Shown here: positions 28,469 through 36,956 of the stretch, in pieces
Position numbering within the stretch: the first letter of the stretch is position 1
Layout of the letters: the number at the start of each line of letters is the position of its first letter
NCBI GenBank assembly: GCA_964444085.1
Contig: CAYUGC010000001.1
Location: forward strand, 9,857 to 73,856
DNA: 64,000 bases
Reading direction: 5' to 3'
From: an uncultured Bifidobacteriaceae bacterium
GTDB lineage: Bacteria > Verrucomicrobiota > Verrucomicrobiia > Limisphaerales > UBA11358
Position numbers and translations under genes: made by a program
Notes under the pieces: generated by a model
Seen by the model: only the letters and a program-made list of their open reading frames with translations
What the model was told of the DNA's origin: nothing
The model's database searches: none

Positions 28469-29695
28469 ATGATCAAGTCCGCTCATCTCACGGCGTCGGT
28501 TTCGCGCAAGGCCGGCGGGCTGTTTGACGCGGTGCTGCGGTTGGCGCAGTCGGAGCAGCAGCTCGGCGCGACGGTGAAAGCCTTCGGCCTGCGCGACGAA
28601 AACACCGATGCGGATCTGCCGGCATGGGCACCGGCACCGGTGGCGGCATTTCCGCCTGGCTGGCCGAACGGCATCGGTCGCGCGCCCGGATTTCTTGCGG
28701 AGCTGGAGGCGTTCGCGCCGGACATCTGCCACACGCATGGCTTGTGGCTTTATCCCAGCGTCGCCGTCAATAATTACGGACGAAAAACCAAACGGCCTTG
28801 CGTCATCTCGCCACACGGGATGCTCGACCCGTGGGCGCTGAAAAATTCGCGCTGGAAAAAACAAATCGCGTGGTATTTATTTGAAGCGGCGCACCTGCGC
28901 GGCGCGCGCTGCCTCCGTGCGCTTTGCCAGTCAGAAGCTGATTCCATCCGCCAGCTCGGACTCAAAAACGAGATCGTGGTCATCCCGAACGGGATTGATT
29001 TGCCGTCCGGCGTGACGCCCGCCGCGCCACCATGGAATAATTTTGTCGCGCCCGGGAAAAAAGTATTGCTCTTCCTGAGCCGGATTCATCCGAAGAAAGG
29101 GTTGGTCAATTTGCTGAAAGCGTGGCCGGCAAATCAGCAATCGGCAATCGGCAATCAGCAATCTGGTGATTGGGTTCTCGCCATCGCCGGCTGGGAGCAA
29201 GGTGGACACGAAGCGGAGTTGAAACAGCTTTGTAACGACCGGGAAATTCCCTTCGCCGACATTCGCGAGCCATCCTCCATTCTCCATTCTCCATCCTCCG
29301 TGCTGTTTCTCGGCCCGCAGTTCAACGCCAACAAAGTCGCGTGTTATCATCATTGCAACGCGTTCGTGTTGCCGTCGTTCAGCGAAGGTTTGCCAATGGT
29401 CGTGCTCGAGGCGTGGGCGAATGCCAAGCCGGTGCTGATGACGCCGGAATGTAATTTGCCGGAAGGTTTTCCAGCCGGCGCGGCGCTGAAAATCGAACCA
29501 AACGAAGCGGGCATCGCCGCCGGCCTGCAAAATCTTTTTGCCATGAGCGGCGCAGATCGCGCCGCGATGGGCAACCGTGCGCGGATGCTGGTGGAAGCTC
29601 ACTTCACTTGGACGCAAGTTGGCAGCCAGATGCACGCTGTCCACGAATGGATTTTGGGCGGCGGCGCCAGGCCGAATTGCGTCTTGGACGCTTGA
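28469..29695 (+). CDS. Glycosyltransferase family 4, with two repeat-encoded insertions
   Basis: LLFLSRIHPKKG. AFVLPSFSEGLPMVVLEAWANAKPVLMT. Low-complexity peptides ANQQSAIGNQQSG and EPSSILHSPSS are encoded by heptamer arrays. Confidence 0.75.
   Translation: MIKSAHLTASVSRKAGGLFDAVLRLAQSEQQLGATVKAFGLRDENTDADLPAWAPAPVAAFPPGWPNGIGRAPGFLAELEAFAPDICHTHGLWLYPSVAVNNYGRKTKRPCVISPHGMLDPWALKNSRWKKQIAWYLFEAAHLRGARCLRALCQSEADSIRQLGLKNEIVVIPNGIDLPSGVTPAAPPWNNFVAPGKKVLLFLSRIHPKKGLVNLLKAWPANQQSAIGNQQSGDWVLAIAGWEQGGHEAELKQLCNDREIPFADIREPSSILHSPSSVLFLGPQFNANKVACYHHCNAFVLPSFSEGLPMVVLEAWANAKPVLMTPECNLPEGFPAGAALKIEPNEAGIAAGLQNLFAMSGADRAAMGNRARMLVEAHFTWTQVGSQMHAVHEWILGGGARPNCVLDA
29132..29166 (+). repeat. Intragenic heptamer array aatcagc aatcggc aatcggc aatcagc aatctgg
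   Basis: Read directly. ABBA arrangement of two unit variants. The reverse complement of the array at 58544-58575 uses the same aatcggc unit. Confidence 0.7.
29270..29299 (+). repeat. Intragenic heptamer array ccatcct ccattct ccattct ccatcct
   Basis: Read directly. ABBA arrangement, 104 nt downstream of the previous array in the same gene. Confidence 0.7.
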
Positions 29696-29727
29696 AGCGG
29701 CGCGCGGAAAACCTTTACCCTTTGACC

Positions 29728-30309
29728 ATGAGCGAAACGTCATCCCAGCCCGGCGGCCAGCCGACGGTGGATTTGTCGAGCTATTCGCCCGGCCGGTTTG
29801 ACCGCGGCGCGGGCCGGCTGAAAGAGGTGCTTTGGCTCGTCGTCAGCCTGGTTTTGTTCCGGCTGTGTCCGTTCAGTTTTTCGGCGCTGAAATGTTCCGT
29901 CCTTCGGGCGTTCGGCGCAAAGGTTGGGAAAAATGTCACCATCAAGCCGCAGGTGAAAATCACGTTTCCGTGGAAGCTCACCGTCGGCGACCACGTCTGG
30001 CTCGGTGAGGAAAGCTGGCTGCTGAATCTCGAACTCATCACCGTCGGTAGCCACGTCTGCATTTCGCAGCGCGCGTTTCTTTGCACCGGCAGCCACGATT
30101 ACAAACGCGCCAGTTTCAATCTCATTACGAAACAAATCATTGTCGAAAACGGCGCGTGGCTTGGCGCGGGCTGTTGGGTCGGGCCGGGCGTCGCGGTCGG
30201 CGCGCACGCCGTTTTGACCGCCGGTTCCGTGGCGGCCAAAAATCTGGAGGCGAATGGAATTTATCGCGGCAACCCCGCCGTGTTTGTGAAGCCGCGCATC
30301 ATTTCCTGA
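29728..30309 (+). CDS. Hexapeptide-repeat acetyltransferase (WcaF-like)
   Basis: N-terminal membrane-associated segment VLWLVVSLVLFRLCPF. Left-handed beta-helix repeats (GKNVTIKPQVKI, GDHVWLGEESWL, GSHVCISQRAFL, GAWLGAGCWVGPGVAVGAHAVL). Confidence 0.75.
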   Translation: MSETSSQPGGQPTVDLSSYSPGRFDRGAGRLKEVLWLVVSLVLFRLCPFSFSALKCSVLRAFGAKVGKNVTIKPQVKITFPWKLTVGDHVWLGEESWLLNLELITVGSHVCISQRAFLCTGSHDYKRASFNLITKQIIVENGAWLGAGCWVGPGVAVGAHAVLTAGSVAAKNLEANGIYRGNPAVFVKPRIIS

Positions 30310-30316
30310 AAAATTC

Positions 30317-31891
30317 ATGGCTGTGCTCCAAAAAATCTTCTGCCGCCAATGGGCGCTGCTGGCGTTGCCGCTCGGCTACCTGTGGTTCCGGCTGATTGAC
30401 AATCTGCGGCTGGAATGGTCGTCCAATCCGCAATACAGCTACGGCCTCGTCGTGCCGCTGCTGGTCGCCGGTCTGCTCCTGCGCCGCTGGCATCACGCGA
30501 AACAAATTCCGCACGATGATTCTGCCGCCGGGAAATTTCTTTTGCCGGCGCTGCTCTGCGGTGCACTCGCATTTTTTTACCTGCCGACACGGCTGATTGA
30601 GGAAGCCACTCCGGAATGGCGTCCGATTCAATGGCTGCTCGGCATCGAGACCATCGGCCTGACGCTTTACGCAATTCGGCTCGCCGGTGGAAAATTCTGG
30701 CGGCGGCAACTGGCCTTTCCCATTGCGTTCTTTCTGGTCGCGATTCCGTGGCCCACGCTGTTAGAAGCGCCAATCATCCAGGGCTTGAGTCGCATGAACG
30801 CCGGCATGGTCGTCAACGTCCTCGGCTTCCTCGACGTGCCGGCCATCCAGCACGGCAACGTCATCGAGGTTAGCACCGGACTCGTCGGCATCAACGACGC
30901 GTGCAGCGGCATCCGCTCGTTCCAGTCCAGCCTGATGATCGCGCTGTTCCTCGGCGAATTTTATCTATTCAATTGGCGGCGGCGCGTCTTCCTGATTCCG
31001 TTCGGCTTCGCGCTGGCGATGCTGCTGAACATTTTTCGCGCGTCGCTGCTCACTTGGATCGCGGCGAAAAAAGGCACCGGCGCGATTGCCGAATATCACG
31101 ACGAAGCCGGCCTGACCATTCTGCTCGTCTGCACCGCGCTGCTGTGGGGCGCGGCGTGGCTGCTGAATCTGCGCAAAAAATCCGGCGCCGAAATTCTGGT
31201 GGCAAAAAATATTTCCAGCAACGCGACTGCCAGCGAAAATGTTTTCCGGCGCGTGAGCTGGTTTGGTTTGGTTCTGGTCATCTGGATTGTCGCTGTCGAG
31301 TGCGGTGTGGAGCTTTGGTATCACGTCCGTGAATCCCATTTGCAACCTGCCGCAAGCTGGACGGTGAATTTTCCGCGCGCCAATCCGACTTTCCAAAATG
31401 TGCCCATCACGACCGACGACCGCACGCTGTTGCGGTTTGACGAAGGCCAGAAAGGCCGCTGGCGCGAGGCCGACGGCACGGACTGGCAGGCGTTTTATTT
31501 CGCGTGGCATCCCGGCCGCGTCGCCGGCTATCTCGCCAAGCGCCACACGCCGGACATCTGCATCACTGCCGCCGGACTGAAACAAATCGGCGATACCGAA
31601 CTGACATTGATGACCGTTGGTAAAGTGGTTTTGCCGATGCGGCATTACGTTTTTGAGACGTCCAGCGGCCGGCTGCAAGTTTACCAATGCCACTGGGAAG
31701 CCGGCCTGCCCGCCGCCGCCTACACCGCCGAGGAATCCGCGCGCTTCAACCTCGTCCGAGGTGTCTGGGCCGGGCGCGGCAACCATGGGCAAAAAGTTTT
31801 GGAGGTCATCCTCGCCGGCTACGAAAACGCCGATCAGGCAAAAGCCGCGCTCGAACAACGGCTGAACCAGCTCATCAAGGTGGAAAACTAA
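30317..31891 (+). CDS. Exosortase fused to a C-terminal EpsI-like domain
   Basis: Exosortase blocks: NPQYSYGLVVPLL, FFLVAIPWP, catalytic-Cys block INDACSGIRS, NIFRASLL (Arg), YHDEAG (His). From about aa 300 there is an extra TM, then an EpsI-like domain with KRHTPDICITAAGLK. Confidence 0.8.
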   Translation: MAVLQKIFCRQWALLALPLGYLWFRLIDNLRLEWSSNPQYSYGLVVPLLVAGLLLRRWHHAKQIPHDDSAAGKFLLPALLCGALAFFYLPTRLIEEATPEWRPIQWLLGIETIGLTLYAIRLAGGKFWRRQLAFPIAFFLVAIPWPTLLEAPIIQGLSRMNAGMVVNVLGFLDVPAIQHGNVIEVSTGLVGINDACSGIRSFQSSLMIALFLGEFYLFNWRRRVFLIPFGFALAMLLNIFRASLLTWIAAKKGTGAIAEYHDEAGLTILLVCTALLWGAAWLLNLRKKSGAEILVAKNISSNATASENVFRRVSWFGLVLVIWIVAVECGVELWYHVRESHLQPAASWTVNFPRANPTFQNVPITTDDRTLLRFDEGQKGRWREADGTDWQAFYFAWHPGRVAGYLAKRHTPDICITAAGLKQIGDTELTLMTVGKVVLPMRHYVFETSSGRLQVYQCHWEAGLPAAAYTAEESARFNLVRGVWAGRGNHGQKVLEVILAGYENADQAKAALEQRLNQLIKVEN

Positions 31892-33112
31892 ATGCGGATC
31901 ACCCTCGTCAATCAGGCCTTTCATCCCGATGTTGTCTCCAGCGGGCAGCATCTGACCGACCTTGCGGTCGCGCTGGTGGAGCGCGGCCACGACGTGACCG
32001 TCGTCACCAGCCGCCGTGCTTACGATGATTCCACCAGGACTTTTCCGAAACATGAAGCGTGGCGCGGCATCAAGATATTCCGTGTGTTCAACACCGGTTT
32101 TGGCAAGCGCGCAAAATGGCGGCGCGCGGTGGATTTTCTGACATTTCTGATTTCATGTTGTTTCCGGTTGGTGCTGCTGCCGAAACCGGATGTCATTGTG
32201 GCACTGACCTCACCGCCGCTGGTGTCAGTTATCGCCGCCGCGTTCGCGAAACTGCGTGGCGCGAAATTCTGCTATTGGATCATGGACTTGAATCCCGACG
32301 AAGCCATCGCCGCCGGCTGGCTGTCGCCGGATTCGTTCGCGGCGAAATGGTTGGAACGGCTGTCGCGCTTTAGCCTGCGGCGCGCGGCGTCCGTGGTGGT
32401 GCTGGACAAATTCATGCAGCAGCGGATTCTGGCAAAAAATATTCCCGCCGAAAAAATTGCGGTGATTCCGCCGTGGTCGCACGATTCGGAAGTAAAATTT
32501 GATGCCGCTGGCCGCGCGCAATTTCGGAAAACGCACGAACTGGAAAACAAGTTCGTCATCATGTATGCCGGCAACCACAGCCCGTGCCATCCGCTCGACA
32601 CCATTCTTGCCGCCGCAAAAACTTTGGCTGCCAGCGAGCCGGAAATCTTCTTCTGTTTCGTCGGTGGCGGCTCGGAACATCGCCGCGTGAAAGATTTCGC
32701 GACGGAAAACCAATTGCCGAACGTCCTTTGCCTGCCATATCAGCCGCTGGAACAGCTCGCCGGCGTTTTGTCGGCGTCGGATTTACATCTCGTCGTAATG
32801 GGCGACCTGTTCGTCGGCCTCGTGCATCCGTGCAAGGCCTACAATCTGCTCCGCGTGAACGCGCCGATTCTTTACATGGGGCCGCGTCCCAGTCACATCT
32901 CGGAAATTCTGGACGAGCTGAACGGCCGGCTGCCCGGCGCAGCCACGCCGCACGGCGACCCAGCGGCGGCGGTCAAATCAATCCTTGAATTGAAACTGGC
33001 CGTGTCCCAAGCTGCGCGCAAGGATGCCGTGCCTTTGGACGGGCGTTTTTCCAAAGAAAATTTGCTGCCGCAACTGGTGGCGGCGATTGAATGCGCCGGC
33101 CAAAAAAATTAA
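31892..33112 (+). CDS. Glycosyltransferase family 4 (WcaI-like)
   Basis: MRITLVNQAFHPDVVSSGQHLTDLAVALVERGHDVTVVTS. FVIMYAGNHSPCHPL. The start codon directly abuts the exosortase stop codon. Confidence 0.75.
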   Translation: MRITLVNQAFHPDVVSSGQHLTDLAVALVERGHDVTVVTSRRAYDDSTRTFPKHEAWRGIKIFRVFNTGFGKRAKWRRAVDFLTFLISCCFRLVLLPKPDVIVALTSPPLVSVIAAAFAKLRGAKFCYWIMDLNPDEAIAAGWLSPDSFAAKWLERLSRFSLRRAASVVVLDKFMQQRILAKNIPAEKIAVIPPWSHDSEVKFDAAGRAQFRKTHELENKFVIMYAGNHSPCHPLDTILAAAKTLAASEPEIFFCFVGGGSEHRRVKDFATENQLPNVLCLPYQPLEQLAGVLSASDLHLVVMGDLFVGLVHPCKAYNLLRVNAPILYMGPRPSHISEILDELNGRLPGAATPHGDPAAAVKSILELKLAVSQAARKDAVPLDGRFSKENLLPQLVAAIECAGQKN

Positions 33113-33148
33113 GCGAACCACTTTTGATTTTACAACCACGATTACCGA

Positions 33149-35017
33149 ATGTTTGGTGAACTGGACAAATATGTGCTGGTCTTTTTGACCGGCCTGCTCG
33201 TGACCTACCTGCTCACGCCGGTCGTGCGTGGACTGGCGCACAAATACGGCGTCGTGGACAAGCCGGACGAGCGGCGGCCGCACAAGCGCATCACCGCGCG
33301 CGGCGGCGGCGTGGCGGTGGTCATCGGCGTCCACGCGGCTTGCCTGATGGCGGTATTGTTTCCGTGGTCGCAGTCGGGCGGCGCGCTGGATTTCGGCTGG
33401 TGGCAGAAATATGCGCTGGCCTCGCTGGTGCTGCTGGTGGTGGGCGTGGTTGACGATGTGCGCGGAATGCGGCCGACCGTCAAACTCAGCGGACAAATCG
33501 CGGCGGCTTTGGTGATGTGGTTTTCAGGCACGCGGTTCGGCCAGTTGCTGGGCCACGATCTGCCGCCGGTGGTGGATTGCGCGATGGTGGTCATCTGGCT
33601 CGTCGCCATCATCAATGCGTTCAACCTGATTGACGGCCTCGACGGCCTGGCGTCGGGGCTGGCGAGCATTTCCGCCGTGGGTTTGACGGGCATTTTGCTG
33701 ATGCAAAACGTGTCCGGCGAAGTGCTGCTGCTCGCCGGTTTTGTTGGCGCGTGTCTCGGTTTCCTGCGCTACAATTTTCATCCCGCGAGCATTTTTCTCG
33801 GCGACACCGGCAGTATGTTTCTCGGCTTCACGCTCGGCGTGGTTTCATTGCAAACCTTCACAAAAAACACGTTCCTGATTTCCATGACGATTCCCATCAT
33901 GGTGCTGGGTGTGCCGATTTACGACGCGCTGTTGGCGATCTGGCGGCGCTCGGTGCGCTCGTGGGTGAACGGCACCGGCGGCAAGCGCGGCATCATGCAG
34001 CCGGACGTGGAACACCTGCATCACCGGCTGGCGAAATCCGGCTTGAGCACGCAGCGCGTGGCGACGTTTCTCTATATTTTGAACGGCGGGCTGGTGACCG
34101 TCGGGCTGTCCATCATGTTTTTCCAGTCGCACGCGGCGGGGATTTTTCTCATCGCTCTGCTGGCCGGCGTGTATGTGCTGATGCGGCAGCTCGCCGTGAT
34201 CGAACTGCGCGAAACGGGCCGCGCGCTGCTGATGGGCCTGCACCGGCCGACGCACACGACTTTCAAGGCGCTGGCGTATCCGGTGTGGGATATGATTTGC
34301 CTGTCCGGTTCGCTGGCGGCGATCATGTGGTTTATTGAGGGGCTGCGCGTGGATTTCTGGCACATTTGGTTCGTGGATCTACCGGTATGGGCGACGCCGA
34401 CGTTTTCGCTGCTGGCGCTTTCGCGCACCTACATCACGCAATGGCAGCGCGCGCGCTTGCGTGACGTGCTGATGGTGCTGTGCTGGCTGCAGGCGGGAAT
34501 TCTCTTGAGCCTCGGCCTGGCGCTGGTGATCGACCCGGCGAACGGATCAAAATGGATCGTGCGCGCGGTGCTCGTTGCGGGCACGAGCCATCCGGTCATC
34601 ATCGCCTCGCGGCTGATTTACCGGTGCATCGAAGAGGCGGTCCTGTGGCTGCGGCGGCAGGATGAGGCGTCCGGCCAGCTGGAGCGCGTACTGCTTTATG
34701 GCGCCGGCACGCGGGCACAGCTTTTTTTGAAGGACCGCGCGCTGAAAATTTCCAAGAAGCCGGACGGCCGCCATCTGCTCGGTTTTATTGACGACGAAAA
34801 ATCGCTGTATTTCCAATGGGTTTATGGTTTCCTCGTGCTGGGCGGGCTGAAGGAGCTGCCGCAGTTGATTGAACGCCGGCGCGTGAACCGGGTCATTATT
34901 GTGTCCGAACTATTGCCGGAAAGCCGCGCGGCCATTCAAGAAATCACCACGCGGTTCGGTGTGAAGTTGAGCGAATGGGAGCCGGCGGAACATGAAATAA
35001 AACTGCCGGCAAACTGA
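33149..35017 (+). CDS. Polyprenyl-phosphate N-acetylhexosamine-1-phosphate transferase (WecA/MraY family) with an extra C-terminal TM + Rossmann-like module
   Basis: WecA blocks: GGGVAVV, VDDVRG, NAFNLIDGLDGLA, NFHPASIFLGDTGSMFLG, HLHHRL. After about aa 370 come four more TM segments, then RVLLYGAGTRAQLFLK...LLGFIDDE...LGGLKELPQLIERRRVNRVIIVS. Confidence 0.75.
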   Translation: MFGELDKYVLVFLTGLLVTYLLTPVVRGLAHKYGVVDKPDERRPHKRITARGGGVAVVIGVHAACLMAVLFPWSQSGGALDFGWWQKYALASLVLLVVGVVDDVRGMRPTVKLSGQIAAALVMWFSGTRFGQLLGHDLPPVVDCAMVVIWLVAIINAFNLIDGLDGLASGLASISAVGLTGILLMQNVSGEVLLLAGFVGACLGFLRYNFHPASIFLGDTGSMFLGFTLGVVSLQTFTKNTFLISMTIPIMVLGVPIYDALLAIWRRSVRSWVNGTGGKRGIMQPDVEHLHHRLAKSGLSTQRVATFLYILNGGLVTVGLSIMFFQSHAAGIFLIALLAGVYVLMRQLAVIELRETGRALLMGLHRPTHTTFKALAYPVWDMICLSGSLAAIMWFIEGLRVDFWHIWFVDLPVWATPTFSLLALSRTYITQWQRARLRDVLMVLCWLQAGILLSLGLALVIDPANGSKWIVRAVLVAGTSHPVIIASRLIYRCIEEAVLWLRRQDEASGQLERVLLYGAGTRAQLFLKDRALKISKKPDGRHLLGFIDDEKSLYFQWVYGFLVLGGLKELPQLIERRRVNRVIIVSELLPESRAAIQEITTRFGVKLSEWEPAEHEIKLPAN

Positions 35018-35043
35018 CAGCGGCAAAAAAACTACCAATCCAA

Positions 35044-36711
35044 ATGCGCAAAATCACCATCGTCATTTCCGTTTTCATCGTCCTCTTGCTGGTGGGCTAC
35101 ACCGGCTATCGCGGCTACAAGGTCTGGAAGCAGGACCACTGGCTCACGATGGCCCGCGGCTTTGCGGCCAAGGGCGACGCCCGCAACGAAATCCTCTGCC
35201 TGCGCCAGGCGCTGACCTTGAACCCGCAAAATTCCGATGCCTGCCATCTGATGGCTGACCTCGCCGACGCCACCCATTCCGACGCGGCGCTGGTCTGGCG
35301 GCAGCGGCTGGTGGACTTGAATCCCAAGTCGCTCGGCGAACGGCTGGCGTTGATGCAGACGGCCATGAATTTCGGTGATTTCGCCGTTGCGTCCAACGCG
35401 CTGGCCGGCGTGGCGGCGGCGGATCAAAAGACCGCCATTTTCCAGACCGCCGCCGGTTTGCTGGCGGCGGGGGGCGGGCAAACCCCGGCGGCAAAGGCGT
35501 ATTTTACCGAGGCCATCAAACTGGACTCAAACAACTTCATCCCGCAATTGAACCTGGCGGCGCTGCAATTGCGCGGCGCCAACGCGGTCGAGGCGGCGGC
35601 GGCGCGGGACAACCTGAAGCGCATCAGCCTGACGGCGACGAACCTCACCGTCCGCCACCAGGCGAAGCGCGAACTGATTGCGGACGCCATCCGCTTCGAT
35701 GATTTCGGCACCGCCGAGGCGCTCACGAAAGATCTGGTCGCGCCGACGAACGCATTTTTCCCCGACCGGCTGTTGCGGCTGGACGTGTTGCTCAAGGACA
35801 AGAACCCGGAGCTGAATTCCACGCTGGCCGCGTGCGAACGCGATGCGGCGGAAAGTCCGGCCCAGCTGTCGGGCATGGCGGTCTGGCTGATGAAAAACCT
35901 TTCGCCGGAACAGGCGCTGGCCTGGCTGCAAACCTTGCCGAACCCCACCCGGACCAACCAGCCGGCGGCACCGCTGATGGCCGAATGTCAGTTGCGCATG
36001 GGCGACTGGAAAAAATTGCAGGTCGGCATCCAGGGCCAAAATTGGAATGATCTGGAATTTGTGCGCCACGCGTTCCTGGCGCGGGCGCTGCGCGGCCAGG
36101 ATTTGCAGGAGGCGTCCGCCGGCGAGTGGGTGGTGGCGCTGAACATCGCCAACGACCAGAAGGGCGCGCTGATTTCGCTGTCCCGCATGGCGGCGGCGTG
36201 GCAGTGGCACAGCGAGACAGAGGCGCTGCTCTGGCTGGTGGTCAACCGTTATCCCGAGGAACGTTGGGCCCCGCCGGTGCTGATGCAGTCGCTCATCAAC
36301 GGCGGTCGCACGCGGCCGCTGCTGCAGTTGTTCGGCCTGCTGTCCCGGCGGAATCCGGCGGATCTGGAGATGAAAAACAACTTGGCCTTTGCGGCGCTGC
36401 TGCTGGGGGCGCAGGAGTTGAACCCGCACGAATTGGCGAAGGAGATTTACACCAAATCGCCGCAAAGCCCGGCGTTTGCAGCGACGTATGCCTACTCGCT
36501 TTATCTGCAAAAGCAATATGCCGACGCGCTCAAAGTCATGCAGGCGCTGGCCGCAAAGGATTTGGACAACCCGGCGGTCGCTGGCTATTACGGCCTCGTG
36601 CTCAAGGCGACGGGCAATGCGGACAAGGCCAAGGTTTATCTGCGGCTGGCGCTGCGGATAAAGCTGCTGCCGGAAGAACAGGCGCTGTTTCAACAGGCAC
36701 TGATCAACTGA
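35044..36711 (+). CDS. TPR repeat protein with an N-terminal membrane anchor
   Basis: N-terminal TM ITIVISVFIVLLLVGY. Repeated 34-aa helical Ala/Leu-rich units (e.g. ALTLNPQNSDACHLMADL, AIKLDSNNFIPQLNLAAL). Last gene of the co-directional block. Confidence 0.7.
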   Translation: MRKITIVISVFIVLLLVGYTGYRGYKVWKQDHWLTMARGFAAKGDARNEILCLRQALTLNPQNSDACHLMADLADATHSDAALVWRQRLVDLNPKSLGERLALMQTAMNFGDFAVASNALAGVAAADQKTAIFQTAAGLLAAGGGQTPAAKAYFTEAIKLDSNNFIPQLNLAALQLRGANAVEAAAARDNLKRISLTATNLTVRHQAKRELIADAIRFDDFGTAEALTKDLVAPTNAFFPDRLLRLDVLLKDKNPELNSTLAACERDAAESPAQLSGMAVWLMKNLSPEQALAWLQTLPNPTRTNQPAAPLMAECQLRMGDWKKLQVGIQGQNWNDLEFVRHAFLARALRGQDLQEASAGEWVVALNIANDQKGALISLSRMAAAWQWHSETEALLWLVVNRYPEERWAPPVLMQSLINGGRTRPLLQLFGLLSRRNPADLEMKNNLAFAALLLGAQELNPHELAKEIYTKSPQSPAFAATYAYSLYLQKQYADALKVMQALAAKDLDNPAVAGYYGLVLKATGNADKAKVYLRLALRIKLLPEEQALFQQALIN

Positions 36712-36736
36712 TCACGCCGCTTGTTTCATTTGATCA

Positions 36737-36774
36737 AAACGCAGGCCGGTCATAATTGACCGGCCTGCGTTTTG
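36737..36774. terminator. Perfect hairpin terminator after the TPR gene
   Basis: aaacgcaggccggtca taat tgaccggcctgcgttt, a 16-bp perfect stem with A/T runs on both sides. Confidence 0.75.
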
Positions 36775-36897
36775 TTGTCTGGCGCGGACTGGACTTCGCG
36801 TGAAGATACGAGGTGAGCGTGCTGATTATGCCGGGCTTCACGTCTTTTGCGCCACGCTTTTTCTCCGTCAGCCTCAAGCGCCAGCCGACCACGCCGC

Positions 36898-36930
36898 AAA
36901 AAAACAAACCGGCCATGGCTGGCCGGCTTG
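36898..36930 (-). terminator. Hairpin terminator downstream of the PEP-CTERM gene (minus strand)
   Basis: Minus strand reads aagccggccagccatggccggtttgttttttt: a GC stem followed by a T-run. Confidence 0.55.
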
Positions 36931-36956
36931 TCCTAATGGAACAAACAAAAACTGGC

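Noticed and set aside
29132-29299. Whether the short tandem arrays represent a CRISPR array.
   Set aside because: Units are only 6-9 nt, contiguous without spacers, and embedded in frame in enzymes. No cas genes are present in the window.
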